A stretch of DNA of 64,000 bases from Eubacteriales bacterium (lineage in GTDB: Bacteria > Bacillota > Clostridia > Oscillospirales > CAG-272): contig JBGVRT010000005.1 in assembly GCA_045128735.1 (NCBI GenBank), positions 7,843 to 71,842 on the forward strand, given 5' to 3'. A program made the position numbers and the translations under genes. Under the pieces are notes generated by a model that saw only the letters and a list, made by a program, of their open reading frames with translations, did no database searches and was not told the DNA's origin. The stretch's first letter is position 1. The number at the start of each line of letters is the position of its first letter. Positions 52,977-61,599 of this stretch are shown here, piece by piece.

Positions 52977-53155
52977 ATTTTAAGGAAATACTGTTAAAAG
53001 CGAAGTCCGGGAACAAGGATGCCGTTGAAATGCTTTTAGAGATGTATAAACCGTTATTGTTCAAAGAAGCTATTGTTGACGGCATATTTGATGAGGATCT
53101 GTATCAGGAGCTTTGTATGAGGTTCATTTATTGCATAGAAAGATTTAACGTATAA
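52973..53155 (+). CDS. Small helix-rich protein resembling sigma-70 region 2 N-terminus (Tn916 Orf8-like)
   Basis: AKSGNKDAVEMLLEMYKPLLFKEA. ATGA overlap with the upstream gene. Confidence 0.45.
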   Translation: MNFKEILLKAKSGNKDAVEMLLEMYKPLLFKEAIVDGIFDEDLYQELCMRFIYCIERFNV

Positions 53156-53163
53156 CTCTTTCT

Positions 53164-53210
53164 AAAAAAAGAAGGCTACCCTTACCGCAAATGCGATAAA
53201 GGTAGCCTTC
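53164..53210 (-). terminator. Terminator of the minus-strand operon
   Basis: GAAGGCTACC / GGTAGCCTTC stem. The A-run on the + strand gives a T-run on the minus strand. Confidence 0.65.
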
Positions 53211-53231
53211 CGTGCTATAAGCACCGCTTTT

Positions 53232-54251
53232 TCAGCTGATCTTCATTTCCAACTGCTCAATAGCCTCCTCCATAGAGAGAATGGGCAGTCTTTTTGCCGT
53301 ACACATACAGAAAGGAATTTGCTCACCGTTATCATCACAAGCATAGCTGTGTTCAGATTCCACGGCGGCGTCAATATCCTTGAGATAGATATACACCTTG
53401 CTTTCCTTGTCGATCAAATAAGTGGATTCGGAGAATATCTCGCAACCGTTTGTTATGAGGTGTGCTCCTTCAGGCAGATCCATCAACATTTTCTGCTTTG
53501 TGCCTGTATCCATTATAGAAAGATCCATAGGTCTCCAGTTTCCAAACAAGGAAAGCTGTGAGCTGCTCTCTTTCCTCTTTATGTAGTCAAAATGCTCTGT
53601 ATCCGTCTGTACCATAAGCAGGATTCTGCGGATATTGTTTTCGACAGCCTGCAAATCAATGTACTCGTGTTGCCTGTGCTCGTTGAAGTAACCGGCACTG
53701 ATGTTGACCGCCGCTGTTTTAAGGCGCGGAGCAACGACAGAAATATCGCTGAAGGTGCCGAATTTTTCCTCGAAACCGAAGCTTGTTATATACTCGGTAA
53801 ACTCGTGATTGTCACAACGGTAGAACACAGCATCGTTGTCACCACGTCTGTCCATTTCTACGATATAATTGACCTCCGGCTTGATTTTACTTCCCGCAAA
53901 CTCATTTGCTCCTCGGCCGCCGATCTCTTCATCCTCACAGAATAGCACGTGGCATTTGGCTTCCTTGATGATTTGCAGTATCATAAAAACACCGCATCTA
54001 TCATCACCGCCAATTCCTTGAGGGGACATCATATAGCGACCGTCCTCGGAGATACAGATAATATCAGGCTTTGCCTTATGCACGGTATCAAGATGTGCCA
54101 CAAGAAGCACGGGGATCTCTCCCTCCGCATAAAGATAACCTCTTTTGTTGACGGTAGGATACCCCATTTCCTGTAAAGCGGTCTCCAAATAGCTCTTGAG
54201 CTCTCGTTGGCTCATACGTAGTATGAACTGAAATTTGGTCAAATTATCCAT
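53232..54251 (-). CDS. Dinuclear-zinc metallopeptidase-like protein (M28/M42/M20-type motifs)
   Basis: LLVAHLDTVH, GGDDRCG, CEDEEIGGRGA and a later FNEHRQHE. The ATG at 54251 overlaps the upstream stop (ATGA). Confidence 0.55.
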   Translation of the reverse strand: MDNLTKFQFILRMSQRELKSYLETALQEMGYPTVNKRGYLYAEGEIPVLLVAHLDTVHKAKPDIICISEDGRYMMSPQGIGGDDRCGVFMILQIIKEAKCHVLFCEDEEIGGRGANEFAGSKIKPEVNYIVEMDRRGDNDAVFYRCDNHEFTEYITSFGFEEKFGTFSDISVVAPRLKTAAVNISAGYFNEHRQHEYIDLQAVENNIRRILLMVQTDTEHFDYIKRKESSSQLSLFGNWRPMDLSIMDTGTKQKMLMDLPEGAHLITNGCEIFSESTYLIDKESKVYIYLKDIDAAVESEHSYACDDNGEQIPFCMCTAKRLPILSMEEAIEQLEMKIS

Positions 54252-55591
54252 CAGAACACCCCACTTGTCGTATGCTGAATAGCAGCACGTTGGCAGAGCG
54301 AATTTCCGATGATACCGCAAATTCCCTTAACACTGCAAGCAAAGCAAGGCTCGGTAGAAGCATTGTAGCAATCAAGGCATACCTCGATCATATTGCCCCT
54401 GCGGTCAAATGCGGGATACATAGTATCTCTCGTAACTCTTCCGCAAGCCGAGCAAATATGAAGACAGGCGTGACAGTGATATGCCTCGGCATCGTATCTT
54501 GCTTGATTTATCGGAACCGTTCTTCCGCAATCTGTGCAGACGACCGTATCCGCGCAATTACACTTGATACTTCTGCGAGGACTAAATAAGCTGCCGCAGC
54601 ATACGCAGATCGGCTTAGCACCGATCACCATATGCGAAATATGCTCTGTGCCTTTGATAAATGAAAGGTTGCCATAATAGTCATAGTCGGCATACTGAGC
54701 ACTCTCTTCTGCCGATTCACAGCAATCGACCTCATTTCTCTTGCTCTTTAACACCCAAAGATTAGGAACGCCAAGACAGGTTGCCAATATCTTGTGTACG
54801 ATTTCGCGGTTTTGTGTGATAACGTCTGCGACCTCGCCGGGATATAGTCTTGACTGATACAGGCAATTTTCTTTATAGAAGAACAACTGCCGTGTTCGTC
54901 TTGGGGCACGGTAATAGTGATCTGTAACATCCGGATCGACCGTAAAGAATATCATCGTTACATCATCGATCATATACGAAAGCGTTCCACCTTGATAACT
55001 GCCGTCATTTAGATTGTGGCAGGAGGTCCAAGAATTGTCTTTGTTGGACATTTCAAGGAAGTCACAAGGATGTACCGACAGTACCGCTGTTTTCGCAATC
55101 TGCAAAGGATTTAGGGCATCAGAGAGCGAAGCGTATATGTTGTTGTATGACGCATGAGCTTCTAAACCAAACTTTCGGCAAAGTTTTCCGATGATACGGC
55201 TTGTTTTTTGCCCTGTGGCACATTTGATGCCACCCGTCTGTCTGATAATCTCAAGCCTACTTTCGCTGAGCGTATCACTATACTCTCCAATTGCTGCATT
55301 GAATGCTGTATAAAAAGCATTTCTATTTTCTACGGGGATCACCTCATCGGCAAGTGTCAGCAGATTAAAGGCTATTTCATCAACAACATCTCTTTCGATA
55401 CCTCTGCCTTCCTTAAATTCAAGAACAACAGCCTTTGCTTCCTCATTCCAATTAGGATGCCTTCGCAATAGCTCAATCAACGGAGTTTTTGCATTTAACC
55501 AAGCGTTAAGGTTGGCGAGCACACCTTCCTCGCTGAAGGATTTTTCGTACTTATACATTACCTCGTAAAAGGCTTTTTTTAATTCTTCCAT
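54251..55591 (-). CDS. Hypothetical protein with C-terminal multi-CxxC zinc-ribbon cluster
   Basis: The ATG at 55591 follows AAAGGA. The C-terminal about 100 aa contain CVCCG, CNC, CTDCG, CHAC, CSACG, CLDC and CFAC. Confidence 0.4.
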   Translation of the reverse strand: MEELKKAFYEVMYKYEKSFSEEGVLANLNAWLNAKTPLIELLRRHPNWNEEAKAVVLEFKEGRGIERDVVDEIAFNLLTLADEVIPVENRNAFYTAFNAAIGEYSDTLSESRLEIIRQTGGIKCATGQKTSRIIGKLCRKFGLEAHASYNNIYASLSDALNPLQIAKTAVLSVHPCDFLEMSNKDNSWTSCHNLNDGSYQGGTLSYMIDDVTMIFFTVDPDVTDHYYRAPRRTRQLFFYKENCLYQSRLYPGEVADVITQNREIVHKILATCLGVPNLWVLKSKRNEVDCCESAEESAQYADYDYYGNLSFIKGTEHISHMVIGAKPICVCCGSLFSPRRSIKCNCADTVVCTDCGRTVPINQARYDAEAYHCHACLHICSACGRVTRDTMYPAFDRRGNMIEVCLDCYNASTEPCFACSVKGICGIIGNSLCQRAAIQHTTSGVF

Positions 55592-55647
55592 ATTTTGTTC
55601 CTTTCGTTTTTTTGAAAGGGAGAAGCATTGCCTCTCCCTCGTTAGTC

Positions 55648-56007
55648 TTACCATATTGAATATTGAGTATTTCGTACCTTGTCAGCCGAAGCTCTATAAA
55701 TTTCAAGCAGTTCGGTGTCTTGCACATCGAGATCAATCACCTCAGCGGCGATATCCTCGTTATAAGAATATACGCCGATTACTTGACCTCCCTCAACGAT
55801 TACGGTAATATCGTCGGTAACGGGTACTCGGTATCCAATGTCGTAAAGATATGCAGCAATAGCTACGTTTAACATTCCTTCGCGGGATATATCTCCCATA
55901 GCGAAATCCGAGAGATCATATTTCTCCCATCCTGCTCTCGCGTGGTTTACGCATTTTGCCAGAGTTAAAATCTCTTTTCGCCTTTCAGTGTCTTTTTCAT
56001 TCGTCAC
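55648..56007 (-). CDS. Hypothetical protein
   Basis: GTG start overlaps the upstream stop. 119 aa. No motif recognised. Confidence 0.3.
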   Translation of the reverse strand: MTNEKDTERRKEILTLAKCVNHARAGWEKYDLSDFAMGDISREGMLNVAIAAYLYDIGYRVPVTDDITVIVEGGQVIGVYSYNEDIAAEVIDLDVQDTELLEIYRASADKVRNTQYSIW

Positions 56008-56219
56008 GCGGCTTCACACTCCTTTCTTTGCTCGGCACCTTTGCCGAAATTTAGCTCATAGACGATGGCACTGATAGCGGCATCATCGTCCCATTTTGCC
56101 GTTGCAGTTTCTCTTGTGGGTCCTGCACCGTAATGAACGGATACCACGCCATTATGAATCTGCAATAGCACGTCCTTCTTTTTGGCACATACCACAGCCA
56201 AATTACCAAGCTGTTTCAT
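56004..56219 (-). CDS. Hypothetical small protein
   Basis: AAAGGAG RBS. 71 aa. Confidence 0.3.
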   Translation of the reverse strand: MKQLGNLAVVCAKKKDVLLQIHNGVVSVHYGAGPTRETATAKWDDDAAISAIVYELNFGKGAEQRKECEAA

Positions 56220-56231
56220 AAAGCTCCTTTC

Positions 56232-58397
56232 TTATGCGACTTCCATCAGATCAGCCATTAGAACATCAACAAGGCGCTGTCCTTGCAGCTGTCCCGTATT
56301 GATGATTACGTTCTTTTCCGTCAGCTCCTTGAAGTTCTCAAGGCGAAGAATACGGCTGGTCTTTGCGAGGTCTTTATCTTTTTTCGTCATACGAGAATGT
56401 ATCTCGTGTTGCCACTTGCGCAGAAAATCCGAAGCAGCATCAATATCCTTTTCCTGTCGATCATACATCGTTCGTTTCTGACGGACAGTACCTCCGGGTT
56501 CAACCTCAAGCGTGTAATACGCTTGTCCGGGACTCTCGCTCCTGCGTAAGAAGAACACGTAAGATTCGTTTCGCTCAATCCTATCCCAATATTTATCAAT
56601 GTTGGCAACGCAGTGGTGCAGAGCACGTCCTTCCGAAAGGATCTGTTCGATTTTCGTAGGAACGATTACCGTATAGTCCTCTGCGGCGTACTCATAACGC
56701 TCCTTGATAGCCTCCAAGTTTTCTTCTATATTGGGGTAGGTTTGAATAATCTCGGCTGCTCTTATCGCATCATCCTTGCTGTTACAAATGTCAACGAGCT
56801 CGTCGTGACGTTGCTTTAATTTCCGAGCGCGGTAAATGATCTCATCATTCACGTCATAACCAAGACGAATTGCCATAGATAGATAGTCCGACCAGGTGGT
56901 GAGAGTCTCACGAAGGTTCATTCCGCTTTCAGCCATTTGACGTTGCAGGTAGTGAACGATCTGAACGACTGACATTCTGTTGCCAATAAACTTGAACCTT
57001 GAGGGCTCAAGCTTATTTTTTATCAGCCAATCAATCGTATCGTTCGGTATTTCCTTACCGGTCAAGCTCTCGTGTTGCAACCATATCAGAATGTCTCTGC
57101 CTCCGTTGCAATCGCGGAATCGCCTGAATGCCTGCGGAGTCAGCTTCAAAACCTTGATTACACTGTTTTGCGAGCCGTCAAGCTCCAACTCACCAAGGAA
57201 TGTTGAATAGTAATAGCCTCTTCCGTTGTTGGTAATCTCGTCTATCAGTCGAGCCAGTCCCACCTTTGCGAATTTCTCCACGTAAGGAAAATTCTTGTAT
57301 GCGGCGAGGTATTTTTCGGGATCGATACACACTCGTATTTTGAGGTATTCCTTAAGCCCTGTTGTTTTCAGTTCTTTCTTGAAGAGAGAAGGTAGAGTGT
57401 ACGGATAGACTTTTCCGCTGTAGTATCCGCGATAGTCGTAGGCACAGACGTTGGAAGCGATCCAACGTGCACCAACGGTTTTATATTGACCGTAGTAATA
57501 AGCTCGCTGTAAAACGCCGTTATGGTCGCCGATAACCCTGCGTTCCTCGAAATATCTCACTTCGGGATCTCGATACGTTTCGGACGTATAGAAGCGGTAG
57601 CCAACGAACTCCCGTATCATAAAGCCGTCCTTGCACCTTTGCAACAGATACATATAGTGCCTTTCTGTAAGATGCCTCTTGAAGCGCCCAAGACACTTGA
57701 ATATGACCTGACTTTTGCAGTGCGGACATTTTCCGACATCGTTGTGCCTTGCGGAAACCTCGACCTCACGCTCACAGAAAGAGCAATAGCCCATTTGAAG
57801 CTTTTTGGGAGCATAGTGATAAAAGATATAGTGTTCGTTGATACCGTGTTTTGCCACCCATTTCCCAAAATCCTTTGGCGGGGCGGGCGTTTGCTTCAAA
57901 TCCTCGTCCCACGGGTCAGTTGCTCTTTTGTGCTTCTTCATCAGTCGCTCATTCATAATGCCGTTCTGGAAGCTGGAGATCAGTTCTACTACATCTCTCA
58001 TTTCGCTACCGAAATACTTTCGTATAGCCTTTTGTGTTTCACGGCAACATTTTATTTTGTTGCTGTAAAAGTACGTGGGCCACGTCAAACGCCAAAAGGA
58101 TGCGGTAAGCCAACGCTTTTCCTCAACCTTATAGGTAAGATACGTTTTTTCTTCTTTGCTGAGATAGATCTCATATAACGGGTTCTTACTCCCGGTACGG
58201 ATTTCCTCTGTTGTAAAGCAAGCAACCTTTAAGATACCGTTTCTCGTACAACAACGAAGATAGACCGCTGTTTTGTGGTCTCTTTTCTCATAGTTGCGGG
58301 AGTATCTTATGATCTCGGGTTTGTCTGCCATTGCCTCACGGTAAATGGAAGGTGTGACCTTGAGTTTCGGCATAGTAAGAAGTTCTTTTTTATTCAA
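56232..58397 (-). CDS. PcfJ-domain protein
   Basis: The C-terminal LSEGRALHHCVANIDKYWDRIERNESYVFFLRR matches the PcfJ-like EGxxLxHCV...R core. Cys4 motif CSFCE...CPHC mid-protein. Confidence 0.6.
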   Translation of the reverse strand: MNKKELLTMPKLKVTPSIYREAMADKPEIIRYSRNYEKRDHKTAVYLRCCTRNGILKVACFTTEEIRTGSKNPLYEIYLSKEEKTYLTYKVEEKRWLTASFWRLTWPTYFYSNKIKCCRETQKAIRKYFGSEMRDVVELISSFQNGIMNERLMKKHKRATDPWDEDLKQTPAPPKDFGKWVAKHGINEHYIFYHYAPKKLQMGYCSFCEREVEVSARHNDVGKCPHCKSQVIFKCLGRFKRHLTERHYMYLLQRCKDGFMIREFVGYRFYTSETYRDPEVRYFEERRVIGDHNGVLQRAYYYGQYKTVGARWIASNVCAYDYRGYYSGKVYPYTLPSLFKKELKTTGLKEYLKIRVCIDPEKYLAAYKNFPYVEKFAKVGLARLIDEITNNGRGYYYSTFLGELELDGSQNSVIKVLKLTPQAFRRFRDCNGGRDILIWLQHESLTGKEIPNDTIDWLIKNKLEPSRFKFIGNRMSVVQIVHYLQRQMAESGMNLRETLTTWSDYLSMAIRLGYDVNDEIIYRARKLKQRHDELVDICNSKDDAIRAAEIIQTYPNIEENLEAIKERYEYAAEDYTVIVPTKIEQILSEGRALHHCVANIDKYWDRIERNESYVFFLRRSESPGQAYYTLEVEPGGTVRQKRTMYDRQEKDIDAASDFLRKWQHEIHSRMTKKDKDLAKTSRILRLENFKELTEKNVIINTGQLQGQRLVDVLMADLMEVA

Positions 58398-58941
58398 AGC
58401 ATTCCACCTGCCTTTCCTGAAGGTCTATCCCGTACCAAACGTCGGGAAGAATATCCTTTCCATCAACGCGGGCTAAGGCAACCTGTTCAATCTCGGAACT
58501 ATCTTTACGTTCCTTAGCAAACGCAAGAATATCCCCAAGCTTGCCCTGGGCAATTGGATCGGAGCCACGCACGACGGCAAAGCCGCCGCGCGCAGTTGCA
58601 CGGTCCTTTGAAACGTGGTCGCTCCAAGTGCGTTTGGGATGGTCTACCATAAAAGCAAGGGCGTGAAGGAACAATTCCTCAAGCGTGAGCTGCTTTATGA
58701 TACGAAGCTCGGTGCTGGCAATCTTGCTATCGCGGTCATCTTCGTCCATATCTCCCGTTACCTCAACGATACAATAAACTGAATCCTTGATATTTCCGTA
58801 ATAGGTGATACAGTCGAGAGGATTTTCCGCACTGTGAAAGCCGTTCTGTGCGCAGTTTGCTTCTGCGGTGATATTATCACCGGGTTGAAACTGATAGCCA
58901 CGGCAAATTAGCCCCTTGTTAAATCCTTTATATGCAATCAT
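58390..58941 (-). CDS. Hypothetical phage/plasmid protein (DUF7666-like)
   Basis: The N-terminus MIAYKGFNKGLICRGYQFQPG...NGFHSAENPLDCITYYG resembles a widespread phage family. Confidence 0.4.
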   Translation of the reverse strand: MIAYKGFNKGLICRGYQFQPGDNITAEANCAQNGFHSAENPLDCITYYGNIKDSVYCIVEVTGDMDEDDRDSKIASTELRIIKQLTLEELFLHALAFMVDHPKRTWSDHVSKDRATARGGFAVVRGSDPIAQGKLGDILAFAKERKDSSEIEQVALARVDGKDILPDVWYGIDLQERQVECFE

Positions 58942-59783
58942 GCGGCAGTGTCACCTCCAAGCATAGAGAACATATCAAGCTGTCCCTCGTTCGCTGTGGG
59001 AGCAGGCGTGGGAGCTTCAACTTTCTTCGGCTCCGGTTTCTTCTTTTCAGTCTTTTTCTTTGCCTTTGACGTTGTAGTTTTACCTACGTAGGGCTTGGGA
59101 ACAAACTGTTCCTCATTGGGATCCTTATCCTCGGGTGCTTCCATATCAAAGAAGTATTCCTTTGCCCACTGATAGCAGAGATCGTCGGGAACGTCGCTGC
59201 CGTAACCCTCACGGTCAGGCTTGATATCGTTATCCTTCATCTCTTGCAATACAAATTCCTTTGCCTTGCGGGTGATGTAACGGAAACAGTTGACCATATT
59301 CTTGCGAGGGTGCATAACCTGTCTTGCAAGGTCAAGATCCTCATGACAAAAGATCTGTATCATTTCCGTGACGCACTGTTTCATATTACGGCGTGTCAAG
59401 CGCTCGGAATCGTCACCGACACGTTTAGAAGATGCCGCTGCGAGAGCCTCATCATCGAGTGCAGTTGCATTTTCCCAAGCAAAAAGGATTTCTTCCTCTT
59501 TTGCTTGTTTCTTTGCCTCCCATTCGGCTTTACGTTTTGCTTCGGCTTCTTCGTGTTCCTTGCGCTTTTGCTCCTCGTTATCCTCTTCGGGAGGAGCTTC
59601 TTCTGCCGGTGCTTCATCGGAAGGTGAGCTGTCCTCGGTGAGTTTAGCAAGAGTTGCTTTAGCTGCCTCGGCTTCTGCCTCTTGACGAGCATCGTCAAGC
59701 TCCTCCGCTTTAGAAAACATACCTGATTGTGTAGTGCTTGTTCTTTCTTGCATTTCAAGATTCATTTGTGAGAAAACTCCCAT
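58938..59783 (-). CDS. PcfK-like protein (family that includes AcrIIA9-type Cas9 inhibitors), tentative
   Basis: Adjacent to a PcfJ-like gene, as on pCF10. Acidic E/K-rich N-terminal half and a conserved C-terminal part (DDLCYQWAKEYFFD). Confidence 0.35.
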   Translation of the reverse strand: MGVFSQMNLEMQERTSTTQSGMFSKAEELDDARQEAEAEAAKATLAKLTEDSSPSDEAPAEEAPPEEDNEEQKRKEHEEAEAKRKAEWEAKKQAKEEEILFAWENATALDDEALAAASSKRVGDDSERLTRRNMKQCVTEMIQIFCHEDLDLARQVMHPRKNMVNCFRYITRKAKEFVLQEMKDNDIKPDREGYGSDVPDDLCYQWAKEYFFDMEAPEDKDPNEEQFVPKPYVGKTTTSKAKKKTEKKKPEPKKVEAPTPAPTANEGQLDMFSMLGGDTAA

Positions 59784-59873
59784 ATCTATATCTCCTTTAC
59801 ATAAAAAATAAGGGGTACAAGCGAGTGCGACTCAACTTGTATCCCTTTAACTTATAGGCATAGTTGCCTTGTT

Positions 59874-61556
59874 TCATTTTTTCTTAGCGAGCATTGGTGA
59901 AAATTTTATCGGGCAAAAATGGTCTTTGTCACGATAAAAATACAATCTGTCTTCTTCGTCAAATAACTCCACAACGTCAGACGGAGCAATACTTCTGCCC
60001 GTATAGCCATCCGGCAACGTATCGCTGTAACGGTTAAAAATCAGTTCAAGACGAACCTTGTCCGTATCATCGACGTGGCAGAATATTTTATCCTCACAGA
60101 CGAGCGCATATTCAGCAGCAGGGGGCTGTCTATATCCCGCATCCAAAAGGGCTTTGATACCCTCGAAGGCAAAGGATTTAGGCTTGCCATCACTGAAATC
60201 AAGCTGATAAATGCGATATCGTTGCTCACGACGCTCTCGTAATAGGTCATTCGCAAATATTTCTTCGTCTGCCTGAACAAAGGACTCATATTCCTCGGCT
60301 GTAAAACCAAGGTGCTCGTAAAGTGTACCTTGCGATTCTGTGGACTCGTGCCAAGCGGCAATTTCATCATCTATGCAATCAAATTCGCACAGACCATAAA
60401 TAAAGCGCTTCTTAAAATTCATTCTACAACCCTCCTTTTCAAGTTGTTTTCGTTTTAGGGCAAGCTGCCAGTCGTCTATCCCTTTGTAATTGGGATTCCA
60501 AGTAAGACGGCGAAATTCAAGCCCACATTTCTTTGCAATCATATAGATGTTTGACACACCTCTGTCCACATTCTCATTTCTGAATTTGTCCATGTCAGCG
60601 GCTTCCACGATAATCTGTGTACCGTTTTCCTTGAGCAGCGTAAACATCAATTCAAGCTGAGCTGTGTTATTGACGCCTGCAATCGCAACAAAGGAACGAT
60701 TCATCAAATAGTGTGCAATATCTGCTTTGAGAAAACCTTCGGTAAGAAATACGCTTCTCGCAAACGGATCCCCGACAAAATGTACGGGCGAACCGGATGA
60801 AGTTCCCATTTCTTTTCCGACTGATGAAAGCCAGATGTATTTTGTTCCGCTTTTATCAGGTGAATCATTTTCGTCCTTAATAGGAACATCAAGACGGATT
60901 TGCATACCGCGTATCAGACCGTCTATTCCACGCACAGGGATAAGTATTCCCGCTGTCTTAGAGTAGAATTTTACAGTCCATTCTCCGTCCTTTATGTAGA
61001 AGCCGGGGACACCCCGCAGAGAACACCCCTTTTCAATCAGTTGCCTCGCAATCTTTTTGCACAGATAAAAAGGAGGTGTACTTCGGTACATCAGCTTGTC
61101 TATCTGTGCATCGGTAAGACCGCGCTTGTTTCGCAAATGCTCTCTATGTTCTTTTGTGAGTGTCAGCATATTAAGCATCATGGAAAAGGTCTGATGAATA
61201 GTGCGTATATCCGCAAGCGGTGATTGCTCCGGACACACCTGCTCACGAGGAGCAGGTGTGCTTGGTTCGCAGTAAGTAGCAAACTCACCGTTTTGCAATG
61301 CCTCGCAGATTTCTCGATAGGCTTCAGAATTGCTGATATGATTCATTCTTGCGTAAAGAGACAACATTCCGCCGTGCTCACCGCAGTAATTACAGCGGAA
61401 TACATCTTTATCGGCACATAAGCTCATCTTGCCGCGTTTGTCGTCGCAAAATGGGCAATCGTAATATGCGCCTGTACTATGTGGTCGCCGTCTTCGCAAG
61501 TGCAGAAGCTCAGCAACGTCCATAATTCCAAACGGGAAATCGTGCGATTTACTCAT
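59874..61556 (-). CDS. Zinc-finger/Toprim DNA primase with C-terminal YodL-like extension
   Basis: CPFCDDKRGKMS...FRCNYCGEHG zinc finger. Toprim Glu in VFLTEGFLKAD and DxD in EAADMD. C-terminal YRIYQLDFSDGK. AAAGGAGGG RBS before the ATG at 61556. Confidence 0.7.
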   Translation of the reverse strand: MSKSHDFPFGIMDVAELLHLRRRRPHSTGAYYDCPFCDDKRGKMSLCADKDVFRCNYCGEHGGMLSLYARMNHISNSEAYREICEALQNGEFATYCEPSTPAPREQVCPEQSPLADIRTIHQTFSMMLNMLTLTKEHREHLRNKRGLTDAQIDKLMYRSTPPFYLCKKIARQLIEKGCSLRGVPGFYIKDGEWTVKFYSKTAGILIPVRGIDGLIRGMQIRLDVPIKDENDSPDKSGTKYIWLSSVGKEMGTSSGSPVHFVGDPFARSVFLTEGFLKADIAHYLMNRSFVAIAGVNNTAQLELMFTLLKENGTQIIVEAADMDKFRNENVDRGVSNIYMIAKKCGLEFRRLTWNPNYKGIDDWQLALKRKQLEKEGCRMNFKKRFIYGLCEFDCIDDEIAAWHESTESQGTLYEHLGFTAEEYESFVQADEEIFANDLLRERREQRYRIYQLDFSDGKPKSFAFEGIKALLDAGYRQPPAAEYALVCEDKIFCHVDDTDKVRLELIFNRYSDTLPDGYTGRSIAPSDVVELFDEEDRLYFYRDKDHFCPIKFSPMLAKKK

Positions 61557-61599
61557 CGAAATCCCTCCTTTCAAGGTTGGATTTTTTCATTTGTCAGCA

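Noticed and set aside
59244-59758. Cluster of + and minus off-frame ORFs (59244-59627, 59368-59685, 59396-59758, 59432-59641).
   Set aside because: All overlap the E/K/A-rich low-complexity half of the PcfK-like gene, and none has start signals.
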